A stretch of DNA of 64,000 bases. It comes from Niastella sp. GTDB lineage: Bacteria > Bacteroidota > Bacteroidia > Chitinophagales > Chitinophagaceae. Location: the NCBI GenBank assembly GCA_017744515.1, contig JAGIBF010000006.1, positions 38,395-102,394 of the forward strand, written 5' to 3'. A program made the translations under genes and the position numbers. This document shows, in pieces, positions 38,665-48,633 of this stretch; position 1 is the stretch's first letter, and every line of letters begins with the position of its first letter. A model generated the notes under the pieces. That model saw only the letters and a list, made by a program, of their open reading frames with translations, made no database searches and was not told the origin of the DNA.

Positions 38665-41100
38665 ATGTCAAGTCGTATCATCATGGCGCTCAACCAGGCA
38701 GGTATTAAAGACATCGATCTGGTAGGCGGAAAAAATGCTTCTCTCGGAGAAATGCTGCAGCATCTTACACCATTGGGTGTAAAGATCCCTCAGGGCTTTA
38801 TCATCACAGTAGCTGGTTACACCAAGTTTATCCGTTTCAATAAACTGGAAGAACGGATACAACAGATCATGGAGTCTATCAGGACTGATGACATTACTTC
38901 TCTGCAGCAAGGTGGAGCGGCTATCAGGCAGTTGATCACCCGCAGTCCTTTTCCCCCGGAAATGATCGACCAGATCAGTGATGCGTATGATGAATTGTCT
39001 GAGCAGTACAAACAGATCATTACCGATGTAGCGGTGCGTTCATCGGCTACAGCTGAAGACCTGCCTGACGCTTCATTTGCCGGACAACAGGACACTTACC
39101 TGAATGTAAAAGGCATTGACCAGTTGCTGGACTCCGTTAAGCGTTGCTTTGCGTCTTTCTTTACGGACAGGGCCATCAGCTACCGGCAAAGTTTTGGATA
39201 CGACCATTTCAAGATTGGCTTATCGGTGTGTGTGCAGAAAATGGTGCGATCAGACCTTGGAGCTTCCGGTGTAGCTTTTTCATTGGATACTGAAAGTGGC
39301 TTCAAAGATGCCATCGTGATCAATGGTGCTTTTGGCCTTGGAGAGTTGGTTGTGCAGGGCACTGTGTCGCCAGATGAGTTCATTGTATTTAAACCTGCAT
39401 TGCAAAAAGGGTTTCAGTCTATCATTGAAAAGAAGCTGGGCACCAAAGACAAAAAGATGGTCTATGGCGATGAGCCTGGTGAGCGGGTAGCTATTGTAAA
39501 CACAAGCCCGCACGAAAAGAACAACTTCTGTATTCCGGATCATATCGTATTGCTTCTCAGTAAGTGGGTAATGGACATTGAAAAATATTATTCCACGCTT
39601 CACCAACGCTGGTGCCCCATGGATGTGGAATGGGCTGTTGATGGTCTGTCAAAGGAGCTGTACATCGTACAAGCACGCCCTGAAACGATCCACTCCCGCA
39701 AGCGGGCGGGCACTTTTACTGAATACAGCATACAGGATGCAGACAGGGCAGAAAAAATACTCGCCAGGGGTATTGCTGTAGGTGATAAAATTGCCAGTGG
39801 CAAGGTGAGGGTATTGGACTCCCTGGATACACAAAATCTACATGCGCTTCAATTCGAGCAAGGTGATGTGCTGGTGACCGATATGACAGACCCCGACTGG
39901 GAGCCTATCATGAAAAAAGCGGCTGCCATCATTACCAATAAGGGTGGCCGGACCTGCCATGCAGCTATCGTGGCGCGTGAAATGGGCGTGCCTGCTATTG
40001 TTGGTTGTGGGCAGGCTACACAGTTATTACAGGAAGGACAAATCGTTACAGCTTCCTGTGCAGAAGGCGAAACAGGATTAATCTATGCCGGTATTATTCC
40101 TTTCGAGACCGTATCGTTTGACCAAAGTGATTTTCAGGAGGTAGAAACGCCTGTATTGCTCAATGTAGCTTCTCCCGACATGGCATTCCGCTTTGCCAGC
40201 CTTCCGTGTAAAGGCGTAGGTCTGGCCCGGGAGGAATTCATTATCAACAATTATATTAAGGTGCATCCACTGGCGCTGTTGCATCACCGCCGGCTGAACG
40301 ATACCAAACTTACCGCGGCCATAGAAGATATTACACGGGGCTATAAGGATGAAGAAGATTTCTTTGTGCAGAAGTTATCGCAGGGTGTTGCTAAAATAGC
40401 TTCGGCTTTTTATCCGCACAAAGTGCTGGTACGTTTTTCCGACTTCAAGAGTAATGAGTATTACAACCTGCTGGGTGGTAGTCATTTTGAACCTTCGGAA
40501 GAGAATCCCATGATCGGCTGGCGGGGTGCTTCCCGGTATTACTCTCCTCAATATAAGGAAGCTTTTCTACTGGAGTGCAAGGCTATCAAGCATGCCCGTG
40601 AAAAGATGGGCCTGAAAAATATTGTAGTAATGATCCCTTTCTGTCGTACCGTAAGCGAGCTGAACCAGGTATATGCTGCCATGAAGGAGGGCGGACTTGA
40701 ACGTGGTGTAGATGGCTTGCAAGTGACGCTTATGGCCGAGCTGCCTTCGAATATCATCATGGCCCGGGAGTTTGCCTGCCATGTGGACGGGTTCTCCATT
40801 GGCTCCAATGATCTCACCCAACTCGTGCTGGGCCTCGATCGCGACTCTTCGCTGGTTGCACATATTTACGATGAGCGCAATGAAGCTGTCAAGTCGATGA
40901 TCATGATGCTCATCAATGCTGCCCGGGAAGCTAATATCCCGGTGGGTATTTGCGGGCAGGGGCCTTCTGATTTCCCTGACTTTGCCCAATTCCTGGTGGA
41001 GATGGGTATCGATTCTATCTCTGTTACGCCTGATTCGTATTACAAGACAGTAAAGGCTATTTATCATATAGAACAGCAGTTAAAAATATTGATAGCTTAG
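38665..41100 (+). CDS. ppsA: Phosphoenolpyruvate synthase
   Basis: VGGKNASLGEM, AVRSSATAED, GGRTCHAAI (phospho-His), FSIGSNDLTQ, GICGQGPS. Confidence 0.97.
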   Translation: MSSRIIMALNQAGIKDIDLVGGKNASLGEMLQHLTPLGVKIPQGFIITVAGYTKFIRFNKLEERIQQIMESIRTDDITSLQQGGAAIRQLITRSPFPPEMIDQISDAYDELSEQYKQIITDVAVRSSATAEDLPDASFAGQQDTYLNVKGIDQLLDSVKRCFASFFTDRAISYRQSFGYDHFKIGLSVCVQKMVRSDLGASGVAFSLDTESGFKDAIVINGAFGLGELVVQGTVSPDEFIVFKPALQKGFQSIIEKKLGTKDKKMVYGDEPGERVAIVNTSPHEKNNFCIPDHIVLLLSKWVMDIEKYYSTLHQRWCPMDVEWAVDGLSKELYIVQARPETIHSRKRAGTFTEYSIQDADRAEKILARGIAVGDKIASGKVRVLDSLDTQNLHALQFEQGDVLVTDMTDPDWEPIMKKAAAIITNKGGRTCHAAIVAREMGVPAIVGCGQATQLLQEGQIVTASCAEGETGLIYAGIIPFETVSFDQSDFQEVETPVLLNVASPDMAFRFASLPCKGVGLAREEFIINNYIKVHPLALLHHRRLNDTKLTAAIEDITRGYKDEEDFFVQKLSQGVAKIASAFYPHKVLVRFSDFKSNEYYNLLGGSHFEPSEENPMIGWRGASRYYSPQYKEAFLLECKAIKHAREKMGLKNIVVMIPFCRTVSELNQVYAAMKEGGLERGVDGLQVTLMAELPSNIIMAREFACHVDGFSIGSNDLTQLVLGLDRDSSLVAHIYDERNEAVKSMIMMLINAAREANIPVGICGQGPSDFPDFAQFLVEMGIDSISVTPDSYYKTVKAIYHIEQQLKILIA

Positions 41101-41144
41101 TTTAGTTACGGAGAAACCAAAACAAGAGCGGAGAGACCGAAAGC

Positions 41145-41178
41145 AGTCCCGCCCGAAATGGGCGGGACTCACTATTTT
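41145..41178 (+). terminator. Terminator hairpin after ppsA
   Basis: AGTCCCGCCC-GAAAT-GGGCGGGACT followed by a T-rich tail. Confidence 0.75.
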
Positions 41179-41195
41179 TTAACAAGGCGTTTGCT

Positions 41196-41268
41196 TCGAT
41201 AGCAGATTTCTCACTCCGCTATCGCTCCGTTCGAAATGACAAAAAAGGGAGAGTTCAGTTCGAAGTGG
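41196..41268 (-). repeat. Solo copy of the GTCATTTCGAAC...GTGAGAAATCTGCT REP family
   Basis: TCGATAGCAGATTTCTCAC-14 nt-GTTCGAAATGACAAAAAAGGGAGAGTTCAGTTCGAAG. Confidence 0.9.
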
Positions 41269-41367
41269 GCTATTATTTGTTCAAGTTAAAATAGCTGATA
41301 GAATCGCCAGTAAAAGTTATTGACTTACCACCCGGATCGGATAGATTGCAACTTCTAAAAAGTTTGC

Positions 41368-42579
41368 ATGTACCGGTATATTGCTTTGTTGTTTGTTCAT
41401 AGCTCGCTCCTGTTCACCTGCTTCGCACAGGAAACGACGCCCCTATCCTATGACAATTTTATCCATGTAAGGAATGGGTTAAGGAATAGTTATACAGCCA
41501 TCACCCAACGTCAGCAGCTCACCGTTGCTTACCTTGGTGGTTCCATTACGCACAACCCGGGCTGGAGGAACAAGGTGGACTCTTTCTTACGACAGACCTA
41601 TCCGGCCTGTCGTTTCCGTTCCATTGGCGCCGGCATACCTTCACTTGGCAGCCTGCCGCATGTGTTTCGTCTGCAACAGGATGTATTGGACTCTGGCAAG
41701 ATCGATCTATTGTTTATTGAAGCGGCTGTAAACGACCGGGTTAATGGCACGGACAGCATTACGCAAGTGCGTACGCTGGATGGTATTGTACGTCATGCGC
41801 TACGTTCCAATTCCAGCATGAATATTATTATGATGTCGTTTGCCGATCCGGATAAAACTAAAGATTATGACAATAACCACATTCCGGCAGAGATCGTGAA
41901 TCATGAAATGGTGGCTGCTCATTATGGGCTTCCTTCTATCAACCTCGCCAGGGAGGTGCATGACCGGATGCAACATGGAGAGTTTTCGTGGGAGAAAGAT
42001 TTTAAAGACCTGCATCCTTCTCCTTTTGGCCAGCAGTTGTATTTTGCCAGCATCCGGGAATTGCTGCAACGCTGCTTTGCCCAGGCAGCACAAGCCTCCG
42101 CTGTAAAAAGAAAAACAGCCCTACCTAATCCACTTGATCTTTATGCTATAGAGAAAGGGAGATATTATCCTATTAAGGATGCCCGTACTGATAATAACTG
42201 GCAATCGACTCCTAACTGGACGCCCACCGATGGCCTTACAACCCGGCCTGGCTTTGTAAACCGTCCTATGCTGGTAGCTACTACACCCGGTGCTACGCTG
42301 ACGCTGTCGTTCAAAGGGACTGCCATTGGCATGGCCATCGTGTCGGGCAGTGATGCCGGCCATGTTTCCTACTCCATCGATAATGGACCATTTAAAGAGA
42401 TCGACCTATTTACTCAATGGAGCCGATCGCTCCACCTACCCTGGTATATATTATTCAGCAGTGAGCTAACTGAAGGCAAGCATCAATTGCAATTAAGGAT
42501 AGCCGACAAGAAGAATGAAAAGAGCAATGGTCACGCCTGCCGCATTGTACACTTTCTAACCAATGACAGCCGTAAATAA
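41368..42579 (+). CDS. SGNH/GDSL hydrolase with a C-terminal beta-sandwich
   Basis: YLGGSIT, EAAVND and DLHP blocks; signal peptide. Confidence 0.88.
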   Translation: MYRYIALLFVHSSLLFTCFAQETTPLSYDNFIHVRNGLRNSYTAITQRQQLTVAYLGGSITHNPGWRNKVDSFLRQTYPACRFRSIGAGIPSLGSLPHVFRLQQDVLDSGKIDLLFIEAAVNDRVNGTDSITQVRTLDGIVRHALRSNSSMNIIMMSFADPDKTKDYDNNHIPAEIVNHEMVAAHYGLPSINLAREVHDRMQHGEFSWEKDFKDLHPSPFGQQLYFASIRELLQRCFAQAAQASAVKRKTALPNPLDLYAIEKGRYYPIKDARTDNNWQSTPNWTPTDGLTTRPGFVNRPMLVATTPGATLTLSFKGTAIGMAIVSGSDAGHVSYSIDNGPFKEIDLFTQWSRSLHLPWYILFSSELTEGKHQLQLRIADKKNEKSNGHACRIVHFLTNDSRK

Positions 42580-42709
42580 GAAACCGGGAAAAGAAGGTAA
42601 ACTTACCTTCTCTCCCGGGGTGGTTGACAGGCTCTCCAACCAAATAGCGCTCCTCACAGATGCTAATAAGTATATGAATAAACAAAGGGGGATTGAAGGA
42701 GCTACTTTA

Positions 42710-43600
42710 TCAATGCACCGCTTCGATATGATTTTGTTTCCTAAATTCTTCGGGTGAGATGCCTGTATACTTTTTAAAGAACCTGGAAAAGTAAGCGTTG
42801 TCCCGGAAGTTGAGCTGGTACGCAATTTCCGAGATACTGACACCGGCATTTACCAGCAACCGCTTTGCTTCCAGCAACACCCGCTCACGGATTATTTCTC
42901 CAGCCGACTTACCCACCAGACTTTTGGAAAGTGCATTCAGGTAATTGGGTGTTACATGCAGCATGGGGGCATAGTTTTTCGGTAATTTTTTATCTACAAA
43001 GTGAGCTTCCACCAGCTTCCGAAAATTCCTCATGATCATCATACCGGACCTTGACACCTGGCTGCATTGTTCTGCGTTCACATCTCTGCTCACCGTAATG
43101 AATATTTCAAATAACAGGCACCGAAGCATGTCGATACCATGGAGCCTCGTATGGCCGATCTCATCCAGTATTCTTACAAAAAGCTCTTCTACCTGTACTT
43201 TGGCCTTTTCAGACAGCTGTATTACCTGCTCCTGGCAATTGCCGTTGAAAAAGAAAAACTGTTGCAGGTATTCAGGGTCCAGCAACATCCTGTAAAATTT
43301 ATCGGAGAAATTGACTATATATCCATCAGCCTCTTCTGAAAAAATCCAGTGATGTACCTGTCCAGGGTTCATGAAATAAATCTGCCCGGGCTGTACAGGG
43401 AAATTTACAAAGTCAATGAAATGCTTACCGGCTCCCCGGGTAAAGTAAACCATGTGAAAAAACGAATGCCTATGGGGCTGAAGCAGATACTCCCTCGTCG
43501 TAAGATATTGGTTAAAGCGGTAAGCTATGATTTCATCCGGATTACGATCATTTCCTCGAATAGTTTTTATAGAATAATGGGGTATCTGCTTCTTTGCCAT
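42710..43600 (-). CDS. AraC-family regulator
   Basis: PHRHSFF cupin; LLEAKRLL; FRDNAYFSRFFKK; -7 box at 43611-43618 on the minus strand. Confidence 0.93.
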   Translation of the reverse strand: MAKKQIPHYSIKTIRGNDRNPDEIIAYRFNQYLTTREYLLQPHRHSFFHMVYFTRGAGKHFIDFVNFPVQPGQIYFMNPGQVHHWIFSEEADGYIVNFSDKFYRMLLDPEYLQQFFFFNGNCQEQVIQLSEKAKVQVEELFVRILDEIGHTRLHGIDMLRCLLFEIFITVSRDVNAEQCSQVSRSGMMIMRNFRKLVEAHFVDKKLPKNYAPMLHVTPNYLNALSKSLVGKSAGEIIRERVLLEAKRLLVNAGVSISEIAYQLNFRDNAYFSRFFKKYTGISPEEFRKQNHIEAVH

Positions 43601-43756
43601 AGGTCACATACAAAGTTAACAGCCCCCTGTAGTGCCGGACTTGCACTTTCTATGCCTTGTATGGCACTATTTACTTATGACCATTTTCGGGTATTCGGAA
43701 GAGGTTTAGCGGGTGCCTATAAGCGGTATAACGAAAGGCAATTTGAAATATTAGTC

Positions 43757-45079
43757 TTAGCGGGTAGTGTAAGGTCCCACGACTTTGATGACAGGCATAT
43801 CGTCCCGGCTATCGTCCAGCACGATCACATAGTAGCTTTTGCCACCGGGCAACACACGTACTACAATGTGTCCCTGCTGGCTGGCGTAAGCTCTGTCAAT
43901 CAATGGTCCGATAACCAGTTTGGTGGGCTCCATCATGTTGGTGGCGAAGAGATCGCGCTTTGCGGCATATAAGTGAGGAGAGGTAACGCGGATAAGGACT
44001 TCATGACCGGGATGATCGGCTGTCCACACCTGCTGTAGCCATACCTGTGGCTGCAAGGTCCTGATCTGAAATTCGTTGACCGCATCGCGGTTACCGTGGT
44101 GATCCATTGTGGCTACTTCCACCTGCCCGACAGCTTTTGCTACCGGCGTTTCCACATCACGCCAGGCTGGATCTCCTAAAAATACATTGCCTCCACAATC
44201 GCCTCCGGTATAATAAACAAAGGGGCCATAGTTGATCGTGAGCACGTTACTCAGGCTGTTCTCATCGGGCCATGTTTTACTGTTGGCGGAATCAACGGGA
44301 GGAAAATGTTGTATTACTGCGCTGTCTTTCCCTGTCCATATCCAGCCATTGGATTTTACGTTCTGCACATAGCAATTGGGAAACTGCGCAGGCTTGTACT
44401 GCATGGCTATTTGTGTGCGGGAGCCGGCTTTCAGTGTCTGTACCTGCATGCCATGCTGCCGCTTTTCGGTTTGCATGTACTGTTGCAGGTTTTGCCATGT
44501 CTTTACGAAATGTGTTTCGCCGCCCGCATACCGTGCCAACAATGTTGACATGGGCACCGGATAGGTTGTATCGCGTATCAGCAGGTTACGTATTGGCACC
44601 ATGCCTCCCACACCTGTGATGCCCGTCAATGCATAGCTTTTATCTGCCGACAGCGGTGCTGCCGGATACCAGCTTCCAAAGTGATCATCGTGAAAATGGG
44701 ATATCACTGCGTAATCGATCGTGGCTTTCCTGGTGGATGGCGCTACCTGTTGTATATAGCGTGCAATCCATTCATGGGGCTGGCGGCTTTCATTGGGGCG
44801 CAATACCGTATTGCGTTTAGAAGTTGTTCTTGGATTAGTGGGGTCCATTTCGCCTGCATCAAACAGTATCGTAGTGCCATCGGGCAAAATATAATAAGAT
44901 GCATTGCCTCTGCCCGTATTGATGTGGTGCAGATCGAGGTAGCCTTCTTTCCACGCCGGCAGTGGTTTGCCGGGTGTGGCGAGTTCTATAGTGGTTTGTG
45001 CGTGCAGGCTATTGGAGACTGCTATCAATAAGTAAATGCACAACAGACAAGAGCGGGTTGCTTGTTTTACGGGTAACAT
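43757..45079 (-). CDS. Secreted metallo-beta-lactamase-fold (ComEC/Rec2-like) hydrolase
   Basis: ISHFHDDH (HxHxDH), MDHHG, signal peptide. Confidence 0.85.
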   Translation of the reverse strand: MLPVKQATRSCLLCIYLLIAVSNSLHAQTTIELATPGKPLPAWKEGYLDLHHINTGRGNASYYILPDGTTILFDAGEMDPTNPRTTSKRNTVLRPNESRQPHEWIARYIQQVAPSTRKATIDYAVISHFHDDHFGSWYPAAPLSADKSYALTGITGVGGMVPIRNLLIRDTTYPVPMSTLLARYAGGETHFVKTWQNLQQYMQTEKRQHGMQVQTLKAGSRTQIAMQYKPAQFPNCYVQNVKSNGWIWTGKDSAVIQHFPPVDSANSKTWPDENSLSNVLTINYGPFVYYTGGDCGGNVFLGDPAWRDVETPVAKAVGQVEVATMDHHGNRDAVNEFQIRTLQPQVWLQQVWTADHPGHEVLIRVTSPHLYAAKRDLFATNMMEPTKLVIGPLIDRAYASQQGHIVVRVLPGGKSYYVIVLDDSRDDMPVIKVVGPYTTR

Positions 45080-45152
45080 ATCGGCAAACATATCTTTGTA
45101 TTGGATGATCTGCTTTGCTTATAAACGACTTAACAATGATTTCATATTACAC

Positions 45153-45269
45153 ACTTCGACAAGCTCAGTGTGACATAGCGTGCTCAATGTAACACAGCGT
45201 GCTCAGTGTAACACGCTTTTTTGTTTCAGGGTGAGCCGCCCTTTGAGGGCGACCCACCCTGAAACAAAA
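45153..45269. repeat. Composite repeat: CTTCGACAAGCTCAG REP + three 19-bp tandem units + CAGGGTGAGCC...CACCCTG hairpin
   Basis: REP at 45154; GCTCAGTGTGACATAGCGT-like unit x3 (45163-45214); long hairpin 45218-45269. Confidence 0.8.
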
Positions 45270-46052
45270 TCAGAATATCCGCTCTACAAAGAGATTCACG
45301 ATCTCGACGGCGATGAGGATGATAATGATCCATTCCAGTGTAGAGCTATGTGAATGCTGATTGATGTCTTTGTAAATTTCAAGGTTTTCCTGGATGATGT
45401 CGAGGCTTTCCTGCAGGCTGCGGTAGCGTATCCTGATGTCCAGTTCGAGGTTGAGCTGTGCATTCAGTTCATTGAGGTACTGGTCTTCCCAGGTAATATC
45501 GGGGCTATCGAATATATACAGGTTGCGGGCAATCCTGTTTTTCAGGTTCAATGCTTTGCCAATGTATTTCAGCAGCCGCTTGCCTTTGATCGAGAAGCGT
45601 CCTTTGTGTTCCAACTCATCACTGAAGAAGGCTGTCTGCTCCAGCAGGATATTGGTTTGCTCAATGTAATAATCCAGTGCTACTGACTGGGCTACATTCA
45701 GCATAATGATCTTGGCTACGTCTACATTGATGTGGTTGACGATGACTTTATCGAAGAGGGCTTTGGTGGGCGAGTCGGGGACTATTTCTATATTGATCTG
45801 CTCGCTTTCCAATTCGTTTACGGCCAGCGCCAATATTTTACGAATGGAACCGATGATATCTGTTTGCACCGTCTTTTCAATGCCAAAGAATACTACGCTT
45901 CCATAATCAAATACCTGAAACCAGGAGTATTGGCTTGTTTCGTAGATCAGTTCGGTGGGGTCGGTATAAACGCAATGAAAGGCAAGGCTATTCTTAATGA
46001 GTTTAAGGTCTAACCGTTCTCCTAAATGATATCCTATAGCAGTGATTTGCAT
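45270..46052 (-). CDS. RMD1/DUF155-family protein
   Basis: FDYGSVVFF, AQSVALDYY, LEWIIIILI. Confidence 0.9.
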   Translation of the reverse strand: MQITAIGYHLGERLDLKLIKNSLAFHCVYTDPTELIYETSQYSWFQVFDYGSVVFFGIEKTVQTDIIGSIRKILALAVNELESEQINIEIVPDSPTKALFDKVIVNHINVDVAKIIMLNVAQSVALDYYIEQTNILLEQTAFFSDELEHKGRFSIKGKRLLKYIGKALNLKNRIARNLYIFDSPDITWEDQYLNELNAQLNLELDIRIRYRSLQESLDIIQENLEIYKDINQHSHSSTLEWIIIILIAVEIVNLFVERIF

Positions 46053-46100
46053 GTTTGAACAATCTCACTACTAAAGTACATATTATTGGGGAATGCCGTG

Positions 46101-46397
46101 TTAAGTGTGTTGCATGATCACATTCAGCAAGCTTCGTTTATCGATCATACCTGGATGGCGCCAAAGTATTTTTCCCTCTTTGAAGATGATAAAGGTAGGT
46201 ACAGCGGATACACCATAAGCTTGTGCGGCCTGCGTGTTCTTGTCAATATTGATCTTTATTATTCGTGCTTTGCCGCTCACTTCTTTGGCCACTTCCTGGA
46301 TAACCGGACTCATTGCTTTACAGGGGCCACACCAATCGGCATAAAAATCGACCAATACGGGTGTTTCTGACTGTATGAGTTGATTAAATGGTTCCAT
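46101..46397 (-). CDS. trxA: Thioredoxin
   Basis: DFYADWCGPCK and cis-Pro AVPT. Confidence 0.93.
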   Translation of the reverse strand: MEPFNQLIQSETPVLVDFYADWCGPCKAMSPVIQEVAKEVSGKARIIKINIDKNTQAAQAYGVSAVPTFIIFKEGKILWRHPGMIDKRSLLNVIMQHT

Positions 46398-46402
46398 AGT
46401 TA

Positions 46403-47332
46403 TTAATTTTTACCGGTTTCAATGAATGTTGCCTGCAATTGCCGGAACAGCTTTTGTTGTTCTGGCGTCAGCTGTTCTGGTATCAATACCTGCATTTCCA
46501 ACAGTAAGTCGCCGGTTTGGTCCTGCGTATTGTATACGGGCATTCCTTTTCCTCTGATACGGAGCAACTTGCCGTTTTGTGTGCCGGTCGGTATTTTGAT
46601 CTTCAGCGTACCGGATAATGTGTGCACTTCCTGTTCGCCGCCCAGTACGGCCGTAAACAGGTCTACCTGCACTGTTTGCCTGATGTGATCGCCTTCGCGC
46701 CTGTACACAGCATGTGGCAATACCTGTATGGTTATATACAAATCTCCGGCCTGTCCGCCATTTGCCCCTGGCGCTCCTTTGCCTGCCAACCTGATCATCA
46801 GCCCACTGTAAGCACCGGGCTTGAGGGTGATGCGTACTTTCTGTTCGTGCAGGGTAACCACGCGTGCGGTTCCATGGAATGCTTCTTCGAGGCTAATAGT
46901 CATTTCCGATTGATAATCCTGCCCTTTACGTTTGCGGCTTCCGCGCTTTCCTCCTGAGGCTCCCGCGCCTGACCGGTTGAAGAATTCGCCAAAGATGTTG
47001 GAAAAGTCTTCGCCCTGTCCAAAGAACTGGCTGGGATCGCCCTCGTATTGGTAGTACTGTCCACCACCCGCATCGTCGTATTGGTGTGGCCCCTGCCCTG
47101 CCCCATTGAACTGGTTCCAGTTGGCGCCGTACTGATCGTATTTCTTCCGTTTCTCCGGGTCACCTAATACTTCATAGGCTTCATTGATCTCTTTAAACTT
47201 TTCTTCTGCTTCTTTATTTCCTGCGTTCTTATCGGGGTGGTATTTGACAGCCAGCTTGCGAAAAGCTTTTTTGATCTCTTCGTCTGTTGCCTGTTTTTTT
47301 ACTCCCAGTATTGAATAATAGTCTTTAGCCAC
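46403..47332 (-). CDS. DnaJ-class co-chaperone without zinc finger (CbpA-like)
   Basis: J-domain HPD, G/F region, DnaJ C-terminal domains. Confidence 0.92.
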   Translation of the reverse strand: MAKDYYSILGVKKQATDEEIKKAFRKLAVKYHPDKNAGNKEAEEKFKEINEAYEVLGDPEKRKKYDQYGANWNQFNGAGQGPHQYDDAGGGQYYQYEGDPSQFFGQGEDFSNIFGEFFNRSGAGASGGKRGSRKRKGQDYQSEMTISLEEAFHGTARVVTLHEQKVRITLKPGAYSGLMIRLAGKGAPGANGGQAGDLYITIQVLPHAVYRREGDHIRQTVQVDLFTAVLGGEQEVHTLSGTLKIKIPTGTQNGKLLRIRGKGMPVYNTQDQTGDLLLEMQVLIPEQLTPEQQKLFRQLQATFIETGKN

Positions 47333-47386
47333 TGTTGTTATTATACGTTACTTAAATAGTTTCACAGAAACTAACTCTTCAACCGT

Positions 47387-47410
47387 CCTTCGACAGGCTC
47401 AGGATGACAA
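47387..47410. repeat. REP family 2 copy
   Basis: CCTTCGACAGGCTCAGGATGACAA. Confidence 0.8.
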
Positions 47411-47450
47411 CTTAATTTTACAGCAATAGTATAACAATTTACACAGGCAT

Positions 47451-47996
47451 TTAGTTATGGGCCTTTTCGGCCAGGTGTTTTTCTATTTCGGCCGACAGGG
47501 ATTCGTAGCTGTAATCGCCCGCATATTTGTGTCCATTAAAGTAAAACGAGGGCGTTCCATTTACGCCGCTGCGTATACCGCTTTCGAAATCGTCTTCTAC
47601 TTTTTGGCGCAGTGCTTCATCTGCTATATCGTTATCAAATGCGTCGATATCGAGGCCAATTGCTTTTGCAAATTCGTGAAATATATTTTCTTTTCTCAGC
47701 CGGGATTGGTACTCAAATATCTGGCTGTGCATTTCCCAAAACCTGCCCTGTCTTCCTGCTGCTTCTGCAGCTATGGCAGCCGGTATTGCCATTTCGTGTA
47801 CATTGGACAACGGGAAGTGGCGCCAGGCAAACAGCATTTGTTTGCCGTATTTTTCTTCCAACTGTTTCACGATGGGATAAGCCGCTCCGCAATGGGGGCA
47901 CTGAAAATCTCCATATTCTACCAACTGCAGGGTTGCGTGTGCATTTCCCAATGTATGATCCTGCCGACTGAGCGGAGGGGTAAGTTTAGATGGCAT
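47451..47996 (-). CDS. DsbA-family oxidoreductase
   Basis: EYGDFQCPHC, RHFPL, GVNGTPSF. Confidence 0.9.
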   Translation of the reverse strand: MPSKLTPPLSRQDHTLGNAHATLQLVEYGDFQCPHCGAAYPIVKQLEEKYGKQMLFAWRHFPLSNVHEMAIPAAIAAEAAGRQGRFWEMHSQIFEYQSRLRKENIFHEFAKAIGLDIDAFDNDIADEALRQKVEDDFESGIRSGVNGTPSFYFNGHKYAGDYSYESLSAEIEKHLAEKAHN

Positions 47997-48468
47997 GGTT
48001 AGTAGTTGTAGGTTGTGTAATTGATTCCAAAGCTTCTATAATTCCATCGGCTCCCGGATTAACGGATTTGGGAGAAAGATAGCTCCACTGTATAATACCG
48101 TTGGCATCGATCACAAACAATGCGCGTTCGCACTGGCCATCTTTGTCGTTATACACACCGTATTTTTTGGCTACTTCTCCTTTGGGCTCAAAATCGGCCA
48201 GGAGGGGGAAATGGAGGGTACGTTGCTGTGCATATGCTGCATGGCACCATTTCCCGTCTACTGAAATCCCGATCAGCTGTGCGTTGTACTTTTTAAAGAA
48301 ACCCAGCATTTCATTGTACAGTGACATCTGGTCGCCACAGACCGGGCTCCAGTCAGCTGGATAGAAAGCAAGGATAACATTTTTACCTTTGAATTCTTCT
48401 AATGAACATTTCTGATCCGGCGTTGCGAATAATTCAAAACCCGGGGCTTCATCATTCTTCTGTAGCAT
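47986..48468 (-). CDS. AhpC/TSA peroxiredoxin
   Basis: FYPADWSPVC, GISVD, LLADFEP, ERALFVID; start MLQKND. Confidence 0.9.
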   Translation of the reverse strand: MLQKNDEAPGFELFATPDQKCSLEEFKGKNVILAFYPADWSPVCGDQMSLYNEMLGFFKKYNAQLIGISVDGKWCHAAYAQQRTLHFPLLADFEPKGEVAKKYGVYNDKDGQCERALFVIDANGIIQWSYLSPKSVNPGADGIIEALESITQPTTTNHAI

Positions 48469-48633
48469 AACATTATTATTTAGTATGAAAAAAACAACTA
48501 GCGGGTACTGCGGGCGGGGATGGGGATTAACGGGCTTTCTTAAGACTTCAAACTTCATGCCTCAGGGGTACTGAATGTTTACAACAATCCAGCGGCGATA
48601 TTGTTATCTTTCCCACACATATCAAATACCAAT

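Noticed and set aside
45163-45214. 19-bp x3 repeat as a mini-CRISPR
   Set aside because: Directly tandem with no spacers, no cas genes, and derived from the adjacent REP half
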